From IMG/VR virus record IMGVR_UViG_3300045815_000012: a DNA stretch of 64,000 bases; one strand, written 5' to 3'. How positions within the stretch are numbered: position 1 is the first letter of the stretch; each line of letters opens with the position of its first letter. This document shows, one piece after another, positions 38,586-48,096 of the stretch. The notes beneath the pieces are model-generated. The model ran no database searches and was not told the origin of the DNA. It was given only the letters and a program-made list of their open reading frames with translations. Both the position numbers and the translations under genes were made by a program. The DNA comes from an uncultured virus (IMG/VR IMGVR_UViG_3300045815_000012) (taxonomy: Duplodnaviria; Heunggongvirae; Uroviricota; Caudoviricetes).

Positions 38586-39273
38586 CAATATCGAACAACT
38601 CCTCTTGCAGAGCAAACTCTCGATCGTCTAGTTGATTTTTGGCATAGGTTTGATCTGTTCGTTTTAATAAAAACCCTCTTTTACCTGTTTCTTCATTGAG
38701 CATTAAACGACCAACCATATTCATCAGGCCCATTATATTGTTCACAATCTTCTCTCGAATCTGTGGATGAAACTGATTGAATATTTGACCACCCGGTGAT
38801 TGAATTTGAATTTGTGTTTCCCAAGCGGTAAAAACTTTGTTTACACCTTTCCATGAATTGATGTATCGAATCATGTCAGGCAGGTAAAATGAGAATTTGT
38901 TATAATCGCCCATTTCAGGAATCCCCATTGCTTTACCGTCACGTGTTTTTGATAGTCTTGATTTCTCTGCTAGCCATGCTTGTTCGAATTCAGATAAGTT
39001 ATCAAAAAAGATATTGTCATATTGGTCTAAATAATTGTCATGAATATCTCTTAACATTCGTTTCATTCCAACCTCCACATCATTTAAATCTGCATAAACG
39101 ATATCAATGTTTGGATTTCCTGCTAAAACGTTTGTAGTGCGGTCAATATCTATCACAAGTGTTTTTCCTTTTAGGTAATTAGCCGTATATGTTTTACCCC
39201 CGCCAGGCGGTGCATAGATTAAAATGGAAAAACTACTAGCGCGATCAATATCAGCTGCTTTAATTATCTCCAT
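38560..39273 (-). CDS. AAA NTP-binding protein (Sak4-like recombinase)
   Basis: YAPPGGGKT, IDIDR, AKNQLD. Confidence 0.8.
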   Translation of the reverse strand: MEIIKAADIDRASSFSILIYAPPGGGKTYTANYLKGKTLVIDIDRTTNVLAGNPNIDIVYADLNDVEVGMKRMLRDIHDNYLDQYDNIFFDNLSEFEQAWLAEKSRLSKTRDGKAMGIPEMGDYNKFSFYLPDMIRYINSWKGVNKVFTAWETQIQIQSPGGQIFNQFHPQIREKIVNNIMGLMNMVGRLMLNEETGKRGFLLKRTDQTYAKNQLDDREFALQEELFDIDETIRLSE

Positions 39274-39771
39274 CTACTCTTTCACCTTCACTTTCACTTC
39301 GATTCCCTTAACATCAACGGTTGTGTTTGGAATAGCCATTCCGTTATCATCAATCAACAATCCTTCATCAGTCATATGGAAAATTCCATCGACTAGAAGT
39401 TGCTTAATATCGTTTTGTATAGGTTTGACCACTAATTCTTCCTTTATTAAACCCGGATGTTCTTCTTTCATGTATCGATCAAATCGGACCTTTTCCTCTT
39501 TTGAATTTGGAAGATTCAATTTGTAAGTTGTTTTACTTTTCATATTTGGGTGTTTTTTACTGATTAAGAAACTCTCAGTTTCTACCGACTCCACGTCACC
39601 TAAAAGCTGCCTTTGAATCTCTAACGCAGCATCTAACTCTTGCTTTGATTTATTTAGAAATGCTACTTTTGCGTCTGTAATTTCAGCTATCTGACGATCG
39701 TACAGATCTAGTTTTGATTTTTGTACCTGTCTCATCATTTCTATTTCTCTAGTGATATCTTCTAGATTCAA
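39274..39771 (-). CDS. Gam/Gp157-like coiled-coil protein
   Basis: Position before the recombinase; family inferred. Confidence 0.5.
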   Translation of the reverse strand: MNLEDITREIEMMRQVQKSKLDLYDRQIAEITDAKVAFLNKSKQELDAALEIQRQLLGDVESVETESFLISKKHPNMKSKTTYKLNLPNSKEEKVRFDRYMKEEHPGLIKEELVVKPIQNDIKQLLVDGIFHMTDEGLLIDDNGMAIPNTTVDVKGIEVKVKVKE

Positions 39772-40093
39772 AAATGTCCTCTCCTCTCTTAGGCAGTAAG
39801 TCGAAAAATTTTGCATAGCCGTTATTAACGATCCAAGTGAGTAAAGCTTCTTTGACTACCTCTGAATACTCACTCGGCAGCATAGTTTCTCTAAGTTCTT
39901 CGTTCGCTTCGCCTGCGGTTAACTCCTCCACATACTCATTTGTATAGCGTTCTAAGTTTTCTTCAAGCAGCAAACCATCTTTATTGATGTAAATGGTACT
40001 GTTCAAATAAATTGGATCTCCGTAGATATCTTTCAATATTTCTTTTTCTTCCGGTGGATCCATAGGAACACCTAGACTATCGCGTAATGTCAT
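39749..40093 (-). CDS. Hypothetical phage protein
   Basis: AAGGAG RBS. Confidence 0.65.
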   Translation of the reverse strand: MTLRDSLGVPMDPPEEKEILKDIYGDPIYLNSTIYINKDGLLLEENLERYTNEYVEELTAGEANEELRETMLPSEYSEVVKEALLTWIVNNGYAKFFDLLPKRGEDIFESRRYH

Positions 40094-40185
40094 GATAAAC
40101 TCTCCTTATATAGATGTATTTTGACTAGCTTAGTTTGGTAGACGGGGCTAGTCTTTTTTTTGTGAATAAAGAGGTACGGAGCATT

Positions 40186-40455
40186 TTAAATTACCTCCCT
40201 TGAAGAACGTAGCTTCATTACCGGGCTCAACTGACATTCAGCAATGATTGTAATTGATTCAGGTGAAATGTTTTCCGTGTTTACAACGTTGTCATTAGAA
40301 AGACTATAGGTTACGTCTTCTATACTTTTTGCAACTTTCAAAGCCCTATTTGGATTGATATTGTTTATTGTTAAATCAACTGGTTCTTTACTTTTACCAA
40401 TACGACGAAACATTTCTTCAACTTCATTTGGTGTTCCAGTTATTTGAATCTCCAT
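40186..40455 (-). CDS. Hypothetical phage protein
   Basis: MEIQITGTPNEV. Confidence 0.6.
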   Translation of the reverse strand: MEIQITGTPNEVEEMFRRIGKSKEPVDLTINNINPNRALKVAKSIEDVTYSLSNDNVVNTENISPESITIIAECQLSPVMKLRSSREVI

Positions 40456-40563
40456 TTTTGTACCCCCGACATTTAAAAAAATATATCTTTAATAATCAAA
40501 TACACATTGATGATTATTGAAGCTAATCCAAAAAAAATTGTTAACAGAGTAATGATGTCACTG

Positions 40564-40722
40564 CTACTCATAGTCAGCCCCCTCGGTTGGCTTTTTCTTT
40601 TCCCATCCGATCACTAAAAAGAAAAGTAGAATGTAGCCGTAGGCCAGCCAAATATTGACTAACGTGAAAACTGGAATTGCGATCATCGAAAGCAGGATCG
40701 TTTGAAAATTTAAGCGTTTCAT
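40564..40722 (-). CDS. 52-aa membrane protein
   Basis: MKRLNF start with AAGGAGG RBS. Confidence 0.6.
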   Translation of the reverse strand: MKRLNFQTILLSMIAIPVFTLVNIWLAYGYILLFFLVIGWEKKKPTEGADYE

Positions 40723-40774
40723 GCTGTCGCCTCCTTCTTTGGTATACTCACTATAGAAAGTGAGGTGAAAAATT

Positions 40775-41119
40775 ATGGATGAACTAACAAATGAAGCCAA
40801 ATATTTATTGTCTATGATGTATAAAGAGTATCTACAAAAAAGAAAATCTGGTGCTAATAGAAGTACATCGTTGAAATTTGGAAATCTTGAGAAATTACAT
40901 GAAACTGTTATGCCTGAATGGAGTATCGAAGACGTAAAATCTGTTTGCTGGGAACTCATGAGGCACGATATGATTTCCGGTAAAAACGTGTCTTCTACAA
41001 TTTGGTACATCTCGCTCAATACTGAAGCTATTGCTATGCTAGAAACTACATTTAAAGATAAGATTGATACTGTCCTTGATTATGCTATTAAAATAAAAAG
41101 CTTAATTCCTTTTATTTAG
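40775..41119 (+). CDS. Oppositely oriented moron, possibly winged-helix
   Basis: GAGGTG RBS; own TGgTATACT -10. Confidence 0.7.
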   Translation: MDELTNEAKYLLSMMYKEYLQKRKSGANRSTSLKFGNLEKLHETVMPEWSIEDVKSVCWELMRHDMISGKNVSSTIWYISLNTEAIAMLETTFKDKIDTVLDYAIKIKSLIPFI

Positions 41120-41299
41120 TCCAAAAGGATCGTTTTTCAAATCCAATAGAACTTCTTCAAGATTTTCTAACCTATTATGGATTTCTATATTTAATTCTTT
41201 TCTTGCCTTAGTATCTTCTGCCAAAGTGCTAAGGCTTTTTGCTATGCTTTCTAAAGCTTCCACCCCTCTAATGACAATATTTACTGGTATATTATTCAT
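41102..41299 (-). CDS. Hypothetical phage protein
   Basis: MNNIPV start; GAGGAGG RBS. Confidence 0.6.
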   Translation of the reverse strand: MNNIPVNIVIRGVEALESIAKSLSTLAEDTKARKELNIEIHNRLENLEEVLLDLKNDPFGLNKRN

Positions 41300-41312
41300 G
41301 CTGTTGCCTCCT

Positions 41313-41459
41313 CTACTGCTTAATTCCAATTTCAAACTCCATTGAAGCTAATTCGTCTGCCAACGTTTTGGCTTCTTTTAATAGTTCGACATATCGCTCT
41401 GCTTTTTCAGTAGCTTCTTCTACACCGGTTAGCTTTACATTGATTTTTACTTCATTCAT
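41313..41459 (-). CDS. 48-aa hypothetical protein
   Basis: MNEVKINVKLTGVEE... Confidence 0.55.
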   Translation of the reverse strand: MNEVKINVKLTGVEEATEKAERYVELLKEAKTLADELASMEFEIGIKQ

Positions 41460-41471
41460 GTTGTTACCCCC

Positions 41472-41717
41472 TTATTTAAATTTGTTCTTGTCCTTCCAAT
41501 CCAAAAATTGATCAAACAGATTGATGTTTATCAGCACAATTTTGTATGTCGGTGCTCGATAACCACGTTTGTAATCAGGATGTACTTTGAATTCTGCTAA
41601 CAATCTTTGAAATGTAGATTCATGTCCTTCAAATCCGAAATATTTTATCGCTTCATCCTTTGGCATTGATAATTGAGGCAATTTGATGGTTTCTGCTAAG
41701 GCGATTTTTTCAGTCAT
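41472..41717 (-). CDS. Excisionase-like protein
   Basis: Small, after cro; LININLFDQFLDWK. Confidence 0.6.
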   Translation of the reverse strand: MTEKIALAETIKLPQLSMPKDEAIKYFGFEGHESTFQRLLAEFKVHPDYKRGYRAPTYKIVLININLFDQFLDWKDKNKFK

Positions 41718-41872
41718 TATTTATCCTCCTTTGCGTTATTTAATAAATTGGGAAAAAATGTTTCACAGCTTTTATGAATTTCCATAACAACTAAATAACT
41801 TTTGTCTATTGTAATGTTTCACAGCAGAACAAGCATTTGCCTTTTTGCTTTAAAAGCAAAATAAATAACAAA

Positions 41873-42100
41873 TTATTTGCTTATGGGCAAATTGTCATCT
41901 AAAAAAAATTCAGGTAATTCAGTGATGTCTTTCCCCAAAGCGTCCATTAAAATAGGCAACTCATTGGCATTAAAAGAATAAATTCCATTTTCCTTTTTCC
42001 AATAGGAAGCGCCATTCATTCCCATTATTAATCCCATTTCAGTAACGCTTTTCTTATTAGACTTTCTCGTTGTTTCGATTTTTTTTAAATTTAATAACAC
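41873..42100 (-). CDS. cro: Cro-like HTH regulator
   Basis: XRE HTH (YWKKENG), divergent from cI. Confidence 0.8.
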   Translation of the reverse strand: MLLNLKKIETTRKSNKKSVTEMGLIMGMNGASYWKKENGIYSFNANELPILMDALGKDITELPEFFLDDNLPISK

Positions 42101-42146
42101 TTATTTTTACCTCCCTTCGTTATTACAAATTGACTATAACACGATA

Positions 42147-42203
42147 TTTGCCCACAAGCAAACTATTTTTCGATTAAAATAATTCTATTGCCTATAAAGC
42201 AAA
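42147..42203. promoter_or_regulatory. cI/cro operators
   Basis: TTTGCCCACAAGCAAA and ATTGCCTATAAAGCAAA over the divergent promoters. Confidence 0.65.
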
Positions 42204-42245
42204 AATGTTATAGTAAATTTAGTTCTAAAGGAAAAGTGGTGTTTA

Positions 42246-42905
42246 TTGATGGCGACAGATAAATTAAATGAAGATCAATTAAAAGTTGCAGCAATAATGA
42301 AACAAGCAAGAAAAGAAAAGAAGTTAAGCCAACTGGAAATAGCTCCTAAATTGGGGCTTAATAATGCTACACTATCTAAATACGAAAATGGGAAACTGCC
42401 ATTTCCAGATTCAATTTTGATTAAACTATCAAACCTGTACAGTATTGATTACTATTCTTTACCAGGAGTTGTTAAACCTAGGTTGATAGGTTCTAGAGAA
42501 ACCATGCCTTTAATAGGAACCATAGTTGCGGGCAAACCTTTAGTCACCTACTCAAATCCCGAAGAAATCCAAGTGCCCGCAGAGATTAAGGAAAATTATC
42601 CAAATGGCTATCTTCTCGAAACATCGGGTGAATCGATGAATAGGTTATTTCCAGACGGACAATTATTAGTAATTGATCCTGATGCAGAGATCGAATCCGG
42701 TTTAGTTTATGCAGTCAGAATAAACGGAGATGAGACGACTGTAAAAAGAGTTATATGCGGGAAAAATCTCTTAGTGCTACAGCCTGATTCTTATGATGAT
42801 GGTTTCAAACCATGGATGATAGATGACCCAATTACGCTTAGTGAGGTTTGCATAGAAGGAAAAGTTGTGTGGGATATGGCTAATCCTAATAAAAGAAAAT
42901 ATTAA
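42246..42905 (+). CDS. cI: CI repressor (HTH plus S24 peptidase)
   Basis: LSKYENG HTH; VAG cleavage site; GESM; TVKR. Confidence 0.92.
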   Translation: MMATDKLNEDQLKVAAIMKQARKEKKLSQLEIAPKLGLNNATLSKYENGKLPFPDSILIKLSNLYSIDYYSLPGVVKPRLIGSRETMPLIGTIVAGKPLVTYSNPEEIQVPAEIKENYPNGYLLETSGESMNRLFPDGQLLVIDPDAEIESGLVYAVRINGDETTVKRVICGKNLLVLQPDSYDDGFKPWMIDDPITLSEVCIEGKVVWDMANPNKRKY

Positions 42906-42919
42906 TCGGAGGGTATAAA

Positions 42920-43534
42920 ATGAATAAAAGTGAATTTAAAAATCCAATTATTTGGGTAATATTAGGGTTGTTTATTGTTGCTTCAATATTCATTATTAGT
43001 GGAATAGTAAATAGTAATTCTAGCGATACTAAATCTTCAATTTCTAGTACAAGTAGTTACGATTTCGACTCGGAATTTGAGAAGGCAAAGCAACAAGTTT
43101 CAGACGAAAATGCTCCTAAGCCAGATTCTGAATACGTCGGTGGTGACAGTTCTAGTCCGAATACCACCACCTCTACCTCTATCGGTCAAAGCCAGCCTTT
43201 AAAAAGCGAATCCGGAGATATGTTAGATGTAAAGATTGATTCGGTGGAAAAAGATATGGGTGACGGGGACTATTATATTCCTCAAAATGGATACTTCGCT
43301 AAAGTTACTTTTACAGTGACGAATTTAGGGGATAAGCCTTTTGAAGTTACGTCGCATCAATTAGATTTCTACGATGGTAACAATATGAAAGCTGAACTAA
43401 ATTCAAGAGATTTTTATTCTGAAACAATCCAACCAGGAAAATCTGCTACAGGTATCGCTTATTTCGATATAATGAACGATACAACTGATTATGAAGTCTA
43501 TTTTGCAAATGCTTCATGGGTTGGTTCGTACTAA
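42920..43534 (+). CDS. Membrane-anchored DUF4352-like protein (possible superinfection exclusion)
   Basis: N-terminal TM, Ser-rich linker, TIQPGKSATGIAYF. Confidence 0.75.
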   Translation: MNKSEFKNPIIWVILGLFIVASIFIISGIVNSNSSDTKSSISSTSSYDFDSEFEKAKQQVSDENAPKPDSEYVGGDSSSPNTTTSTSIGQSQPLKSESGDMLDVKIDSVEKDMGDGDYYIPQNGYFAKVTFTVTNLGDKPFEVTSHQLDFYDGNNMKAELNSRDFYSETIQPGKSATGIAYFDIMNDTTDYEVYFANASWVGSY

Positions 43535-43575
43535 AGCTGCCCCCACTTTAGGGGCTTCTTTAATAACGCCAGAAA

Positions 43576-43589
43576 AGAACATACATTCC
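43576..43589 (+). promoter_or_regulatory. Degenerate SOS box upstream of the integrase
   Basis: AGAACATACATTCC (one mismatch to GAAC-N4-GTTC). Confidence 0.4.
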
Positions 43590-43609
43590 CTTTAAGGAGT
43601 TGAATATAC

Positions 43610-44746
43610 ATGTGGATCGAAGAATTACCGAACGGGAAATACAAATATTCTGAACGATACATTGACCCATACACAGAAAAAAGCAGAAAAGTTTCCATCA
43701 CACTTAACAGCAAATCTAATCAAGCTAAGAAGCAAGCAAACATAGAACTTCAAGAAAAAATTGATAAGAAGATCGAAGAAAAAAATCAAATCAAGATTAC
43801 ACTTGGCGAGCTATTAGATGCGTGGTGGAATCAGCATAAGGTTTCTATTCGCCAATCATCACAAGTTAATTATGAAAAACTTTTGAAATACATACGAAAG
43901 AATATTAACACTGCTGCGGTGGTGCGAAATACAGACACAAGATTTTATCAAGATTTCATAAATGAGTTACCTCAATCTTACGAATATAAGAAGAAGTTTC
44001 GAAGTGTGCTAAAAATGGCGCTTGATTATGCAGTGGATATGGAAATGATCAAAATTAATCCTATTAACAGGGCGAAAGTTCCTAAACCAGCTTTAACAAA
44101 AGAAACTTATGAAAGAGTGGAAGATAAGTATTTAGAAGAAGAAGAAATCAACAAGCTATTGAACGTCTATTACAGCACGTTTCAGAGCGTCCATCACGGA
44201 AGGTTAGCTGAGTTCATGTATTTAACTGGACTGCGTGCAGGCGAAGCTATAAGCCTCACAATTGATGATTACAATCCGAATAGCCAAACTATAAAGGTTA
44301 TTGGTACTTTAGATTATTCGGACGGCTATAAAAATGCAAAAAAAGAGATGCCTAAGACCCTAGCATCATATCGTGAAATTGATCTATCTAATCGAGCGAT
44401 TGAAATAATCGACGAATTGATTTTGGAGAATAAGTTAAAATTCAAGGGTAAAACTCCTTATCTCTTTATTGGTAAGACTGGCAAGCCGATTCAAATCAAT
44501 GCATTTAATAACTCGCTAAAGACTATGAATGACAAGCTTGGTAAAGATGCTATCAAAAAGAAAATGTCTAGCCATATTTTTAGACACTCTCACATCTCGC
44601 TACTTGCTGAATTGAACATACCTGTAAAAGCAATCATGGAACGTGTAGGACACTCCGACATGGAAACAACAATGAAGATATACACCCATGTAACCAAGAA
44701 GACAAAGGCTAGTATTGTTGAAAAACTCAATGCTAAGGGTAAGTAG
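43610..44746 (+). CDS. int: Tyrosine integrase
   Basis: TGLRAGE, HIFRHSH, RVGH, IYTH. Confidence 0.97.
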   Translation: MWIEELPNGKYKYSERYIDPYTEKSRKVSITLNSKSNQAKKQANIELQEKIDKKIEEKNQIKITLGELLDAWWNQHKVSIRQSSQVNYEKLLKYIRKNINTAAVVRNTDTRFYQDFINELPQSYEYKKKFRSVLKMALDYAVDMEMIKINPINRAKVPKPALTKETYERVEDKYLEEEEINKLLNVYYSTFQSVHHGRLAEFMYLTGLRAGEAISLTIDDYNPNSQTIKVIGTLDYSDGYKNAKKEMPKTLASYREIDLSNRAIEIIDELILENKLKFKGKTPYLFIGKTGKPIQINAFNNSLKTMNDKLGKDAIKKKMSSHIFRHSHISLLAELNIPVKAIMERVGHSDMETTMKIYTHVTKKTKASIVEKLNAKGK

Positions 44747-44749
44747 CTC

Positions 44750-44977
44750 TTGCCCCTTTTCTGCCCCTTTTGGTTTTTGACAAATAAAAAAGCAAGCTCT
44801 CAGGCTTGCTGTTACGCGATTCATATCAGACACATGCCGGATCCTACTTAGTTGGATTACTACGAAACAAATGTTCTAAAATACTGTCAAATCAACGTTT
44901 TTGTCGTTCAATTTATACAGAATATTCGCCATTATTTGATAACATTAGCAAACGTTTGCCCCTTTTTTGCCCCTTTT
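44750..44977 (+). other. Apparently intact attP of prophage B
   Basis: Paired TGCCCCTTTT arm repeats at 44750-44771 and 44956-44977; core not identified. Confidence 0.7.
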
Positions 44978-45000
44978 TTTATTCTTAAGAAACTGTTCGC

Positions 45001-45030
45001 TTTACATTCTAGAACATATGTTCGTATAAT
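45001..45030 (+). promoter_or_regulatory. Sigma-A promoter with LexA box
   Basis: TTTACA...AGAACATATGTTCG.TATAAT. Confidence 0.85.
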
Positions 45031-45049
45031 GTCACAAAGAGGTGATCAT

Positions 45050-45271
45050 ATGGATATGAGGAAATCATTTATTATCGACTATCTATCTGAAGAAAACATA
45101 GAACTTTTTAACAGCGCTTGTGAGGAAGACCAATTTATGGCCGAGATCGACATGTTACTTATTCTTAGAAAGCATAATAAGCTTAAGTGCGACAGAGAGA
45201 TTGTTACAAATCAAAATGGTGCTACCAAATTAAGATATATCATTGAATTAGAGGCAGATGATTATAAATGA
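45050..45271 (+). CDS. 73-aa hypothetical protein, first gene of the SOS operon (copy 2 only)
   Basis: GAGGTG RBS before ATG at 45050. Confidence 0.7.
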   Translation: MDMRKSFIIDYLSEENIELFNSACEEDQFMAEIDMLLILRKHNKLKCDREIVTNQNGATKLRYIIELEADDYK

Positions 45272-45663
45272 TCTACGATGACGAGTCAGCTATCAAACTG
45301 TTTTTAGAAGCTAAAAAAGTTTACGAGGACCGGAATATGCTTAAATGGATCGGATTTTACCTATCCGACCAAACAGCAGCAATCAATAAGGATGTAACCG
45401 AACGGTCTAAGGTCAATAATCAAAAACCGTTAATGCAGAGTGAAGAAATCGAAAAGGTCTTAAACGAAGCTAGACTAAAAAGCAAACCTGTCTCTGTTCA
45501 GTTAGAAGCCCTCAATGAAAATGCACAGTATTACGATGATGTTATAGGAATGATTCGAGGTTACGATGAGTTAGGAATTTACATAGGTGATCAAAAAGTA
45601 CATTACGATGAAATTAGAAATGTTGAGGTTTACAACTGGAAAAAATGGAGTGAACTGAAATGA
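45268..45663 (+). CDS. YolD-like protein
   Basis: One residue different from 1636-2031. Confidence 0.7.
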   Translation: MIYDDESAIKLFLEAKKVYEDRNMLKWIGFYLSDQTAAINKDVTERSKVNNQKPLMQSEEIEKVLNEARLKSKPVSVQLEALNENAQYYDDVIGMIRGYDELGIYIGDQKVHYDEIRNVEVYNWKKWSELK

Positions 45664-45872
45664 ATCCTATCTTCTCTTATCATCTAGGATTGATAACATT
45701 CGATCGTCTCCAAGTCTTATTGTGGGATTTCGGTCCTAACGCTATAGATGAAATCGGAGAACGATGCTTTGCTTTCTACTGCAGCAAAGCTAATGGTCTT
45801 CATAATTTTGATTACTACATACTAAAATACGGGAGTGGTTTAAATGCAAAGTCTGAATGGTATTGTGAGTAG
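45660..45872 (+). CDS. Hypothetical protein
   Basis: Paralog of 2028-2240. Confidence 0.65.
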   Translation: MNPIFSYHLGLITFDRLQVLLWDFGPNAIDEIGERCFAFYCSKANGLHNFDYYILKYGSGLNAKSEWYCE

Positions 45873-46098
45873 CGTAAAGATTCTAAAGTATTCTGAACGT
45901 CCCCTCGTCTATTTTAAGCTTGATGATACTAGCTGCTTGATTGCTGGTCACTCGTTGAATTTTCTTGCAGATGTAGAGGATGGAATGCGGATCGCTGTTG
46001 CTGGGGAGTACAATAGTAGGAAACAGTTCGTGGTGAAGAAGTATGCGGTGGTAGGCATGACGAAGATTATGATGGAGTTTGAGATGATGAGAATATAA
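45844..46098 (+). CDS. Small beta-rich protein
   Basis: Paralog of 2212-2466. Confidence 0.65.
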   Translation: MQSLNGIVSSVKILKYSERPLVYFKLDDTSCLIAGHSLNFLADVEDGMRIAVAGEYNSRKQFVVKKYAVVGMTKIMMEFEMMRI

Positions 46099-46410
46099 AA
46101 ACCCACTCTCTAGTAAGGGTAAAGAGTGGGCAAAAGAAAGTGAGAGTGGACTACTCTCTACTTAATAGTTTATCACTTTTAGGTTTCAGTGCAATAAAAA
46201 ACAGGCACCTTTCGCCAGGGTGCCTGCCCTCCCTAAAAGGGAGTAGAAATGGATAGTTTCTGATTGTTAGTTTAGCATAAAACGTTTTCAGCAACAAGAA
46301 TTATACTATCTTAACACAAAAAGAACACCCGATTTCTCGAATGCTCCTTGCAGAAAATAAAGATTTTCTTGGATTGATGCTATTATACAATGTAACGCTT
46401 ACATGCGCAA
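46097..46410 (-). ncRNA. Tandem array of three putative sRNA units
   Basis: Same architecture as 2465-2890; RNAs at ~46097-46161, 46196-46263, 46318-46376. Confidence 0.7.
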
Positions 46411-46445
46411 TAGAAAAGAAGACCTTAGCGTGAGCTAGAGGCCTT

Positions 46446-47090
46446 TTAATCTAATAGTGATCTAATATGATCCTTGCAAGAATAAGCATGCCCGAGAAAC
46501 GTCCTTTCTAACATTTGGTCTGCAGTTAAACCGCCATGCCCGGTAACTAAACAAAGATGATATACATCGCAAAACATCAAAATATAAGTAGTAATCTCCT
46601 CATCGCTTTCATCAATTTTTAAATATATCCGAAATGGGTTTTGCTTTTTTTCTCTTTCATAGTATGGAACACCATCTACCTTAAAGATAGTATTGTTATC
46701 CTCGCTTAATAACTCTTTATGACCGTATAGTTTTAATACATCCCGTAGCCTCTTAACATTAAACTTATTAAATGCAACCGACTCAGTATTATCGCAAACA
46801 TACTCAATATTATTAACAATCTCATTCAACGTTTTTTTAGTTGATTCACTAACATTTTCTTTATCTACAAAATTTGTAAATTTTAAAGGAAAGTTTGTTT
46901 TAGATTCTAGAAAAAGCGAGGAGATAGTAATTACCGCTCTTTTTTCTGGTCTAGTAAGAAAAATTTCTCCACCGTTTTTTAATTTTGATTTGATATTAAT
47001 AGTTGAAAGAACTTCTAACTTTTCTTGTATTTGCTTTTCTCTTGTCTTTATATTCTTTTTATTTTGAATGTCAAAATTAAAAGACTTCAA
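46446..47090 (-). CDS. Putative toxin (identical copy)
   Basis: Protein identical to 2926-3570. Confidence 0.55.
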   Translation of the reverse strand: MKSFNFDIQNKKNIKTREKQIQEKLEVLSTINIKSKLKNGGEIFLTRPEKRAVITISSLFLESKTNFPLKFTNFVDKENVSESTKKTLNEIVNNIEYVCDNTESVAFNKFNVKRLRDVLKLYGHKELLSEDNNTIFKVDGVPYYEREKKQNPFRIYLKIDESDEEITTYILMFCDVYHLCLVTGHGGLTADQMLERTFLGHAYSCKDHIRSLLD

Positions 47091-47583
47091 GTTTATATTC
47101 CTCTATAATGGATTCTTTATTCATCTCTCCTTGACCATCATCGAACGCCCTTTTCCATTCCAAGTCTTCATGTGTTCGCTCAACCAATGTGAAATCACCC
47201 ATTTCATCTGTCTGATGGATAACTTGTATCAAAAGCTCTTTTATAGAATCTTCTTGGTCATTCGCAGGTTGCCATATTTCAGAAGATTCAATAACATCCT
47301 GATGATATTTATTATTTTTGTAAATTTCTCTTATGACTGGACCGTACTGCCATGCCTCAAAATTTTCTTTAAATAGATGTTTGGGATAATCAGCACTACC
47401 TTCAAAATGTTTTTCTTCAACATTTTCATTATTTAATAGTCCATATGTTGCCCCGTAAAATGCGAATAAAAAATATAATGTCTTTTGAAGTCGTAACGGA
47501 GTCATTTTTCTAATAGAGTTGTCACATACAAATTTAGCTAAGACATTAATGTTATCAAATACAACTTCTTGGTTTTCATCCAT
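47077..47583 (-). CDS. Panacea (DUF4065) antitoxin (identical copy)
   Basis: Protein identical to 3557-4063. Confidence 0.9.
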   Translation of the reverse strand: MDENQEVVFDNINVLAKFVCDNSIRKMTPLRLQKTLYFLFAFYGATYGLLNNENVEEKHFEGSADYPKHLFKENFEAWQYGPVIREIYKNNKYHQDVIESSEIWQPANDQEDSIKELLIQVIHQTDEMGDFTLVERTHEDLEWKRAFDDGQGEMNKESIIEEYKLEVF

Positions 47584-47672
47584 ACTAACCCCTCCTTCTA
47601 TTTAACATCTTATCAGTGAATTTACCTATAGTAAATGTTTTGCAACAAACATTATATTTAAATTAGAATGTA

Positions 47673-47744
47673 TGTACCCCGCAGGCCTCGAACCCGCATC
47701 TTCCGATATGAACCGGAGTATTCTACCAATTGAACTAGGGATAC
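47673..47744 (-). tRNA. tRNA-Met-like pseudo-tRNA (copy 2)
   Basis: Identical to 4153-4224. Confidence 0.7.
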
Positions 47745-47790
47745 TTTTAAAAGAACTATGATTATTTTTTCTTCATGTTACAATATAAAA

Positions 47791-48032
47791 AGACGGAACG
47801 TCAGATTTCCCCACAGTCCACTTCCCCAAGTAACTGTATCTGACGTTCCCTTTTTTATGGGCGAGTGACTTCCCATTACAATAAACTTACCCATAACCCG
47901 TTTTCTTTGCAAATGATACACTCATGACAAAGTGATACACTACAGAAAGAAACAACCAGCCCGCACACGACTGGTTGCCGATCAAGATGAAACTTAGTTA
48001 TGAAAAAGAAGTAAGTTCTGGCAAAACTTACA
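47791..48032. ncRNA. Copies of the UCCC sRNA (+) and csRNA-like sRNA (-)
   Basis: Identical to 4271-4512. Confidence 0.55.
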
Positions 48033-48096
48033 CATTCATAATAGCTCTTTTGTTAATATCTTGCAAGCGCATTCTCGTCTAAACTCTTTTTTAATG

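Larger units (their letters stand above)
2861..46380. mobile_element. Prophage B, complete 43,520-bp cos-type siphophage; ends lie somewhere within the repeat
   Basis: Full lysis, tail, head, packaging, replication, immunity and integrase modules; flanking repeat offset of 43,520 bp. Confidence 0.85.

Noticed and set aside
44750..44977. Junction of two prophages tandemly integrated at one attB
   Set aside because: Arm motif differs from the left att and no sufB core is present; an intact attP fits better, though this is not fully excluded
44852..45049. N-terminal extension of the 139-aa ORF
   Set aside because: Overlaps attP and the SOS promoter; the RBS supports ATG at 45050
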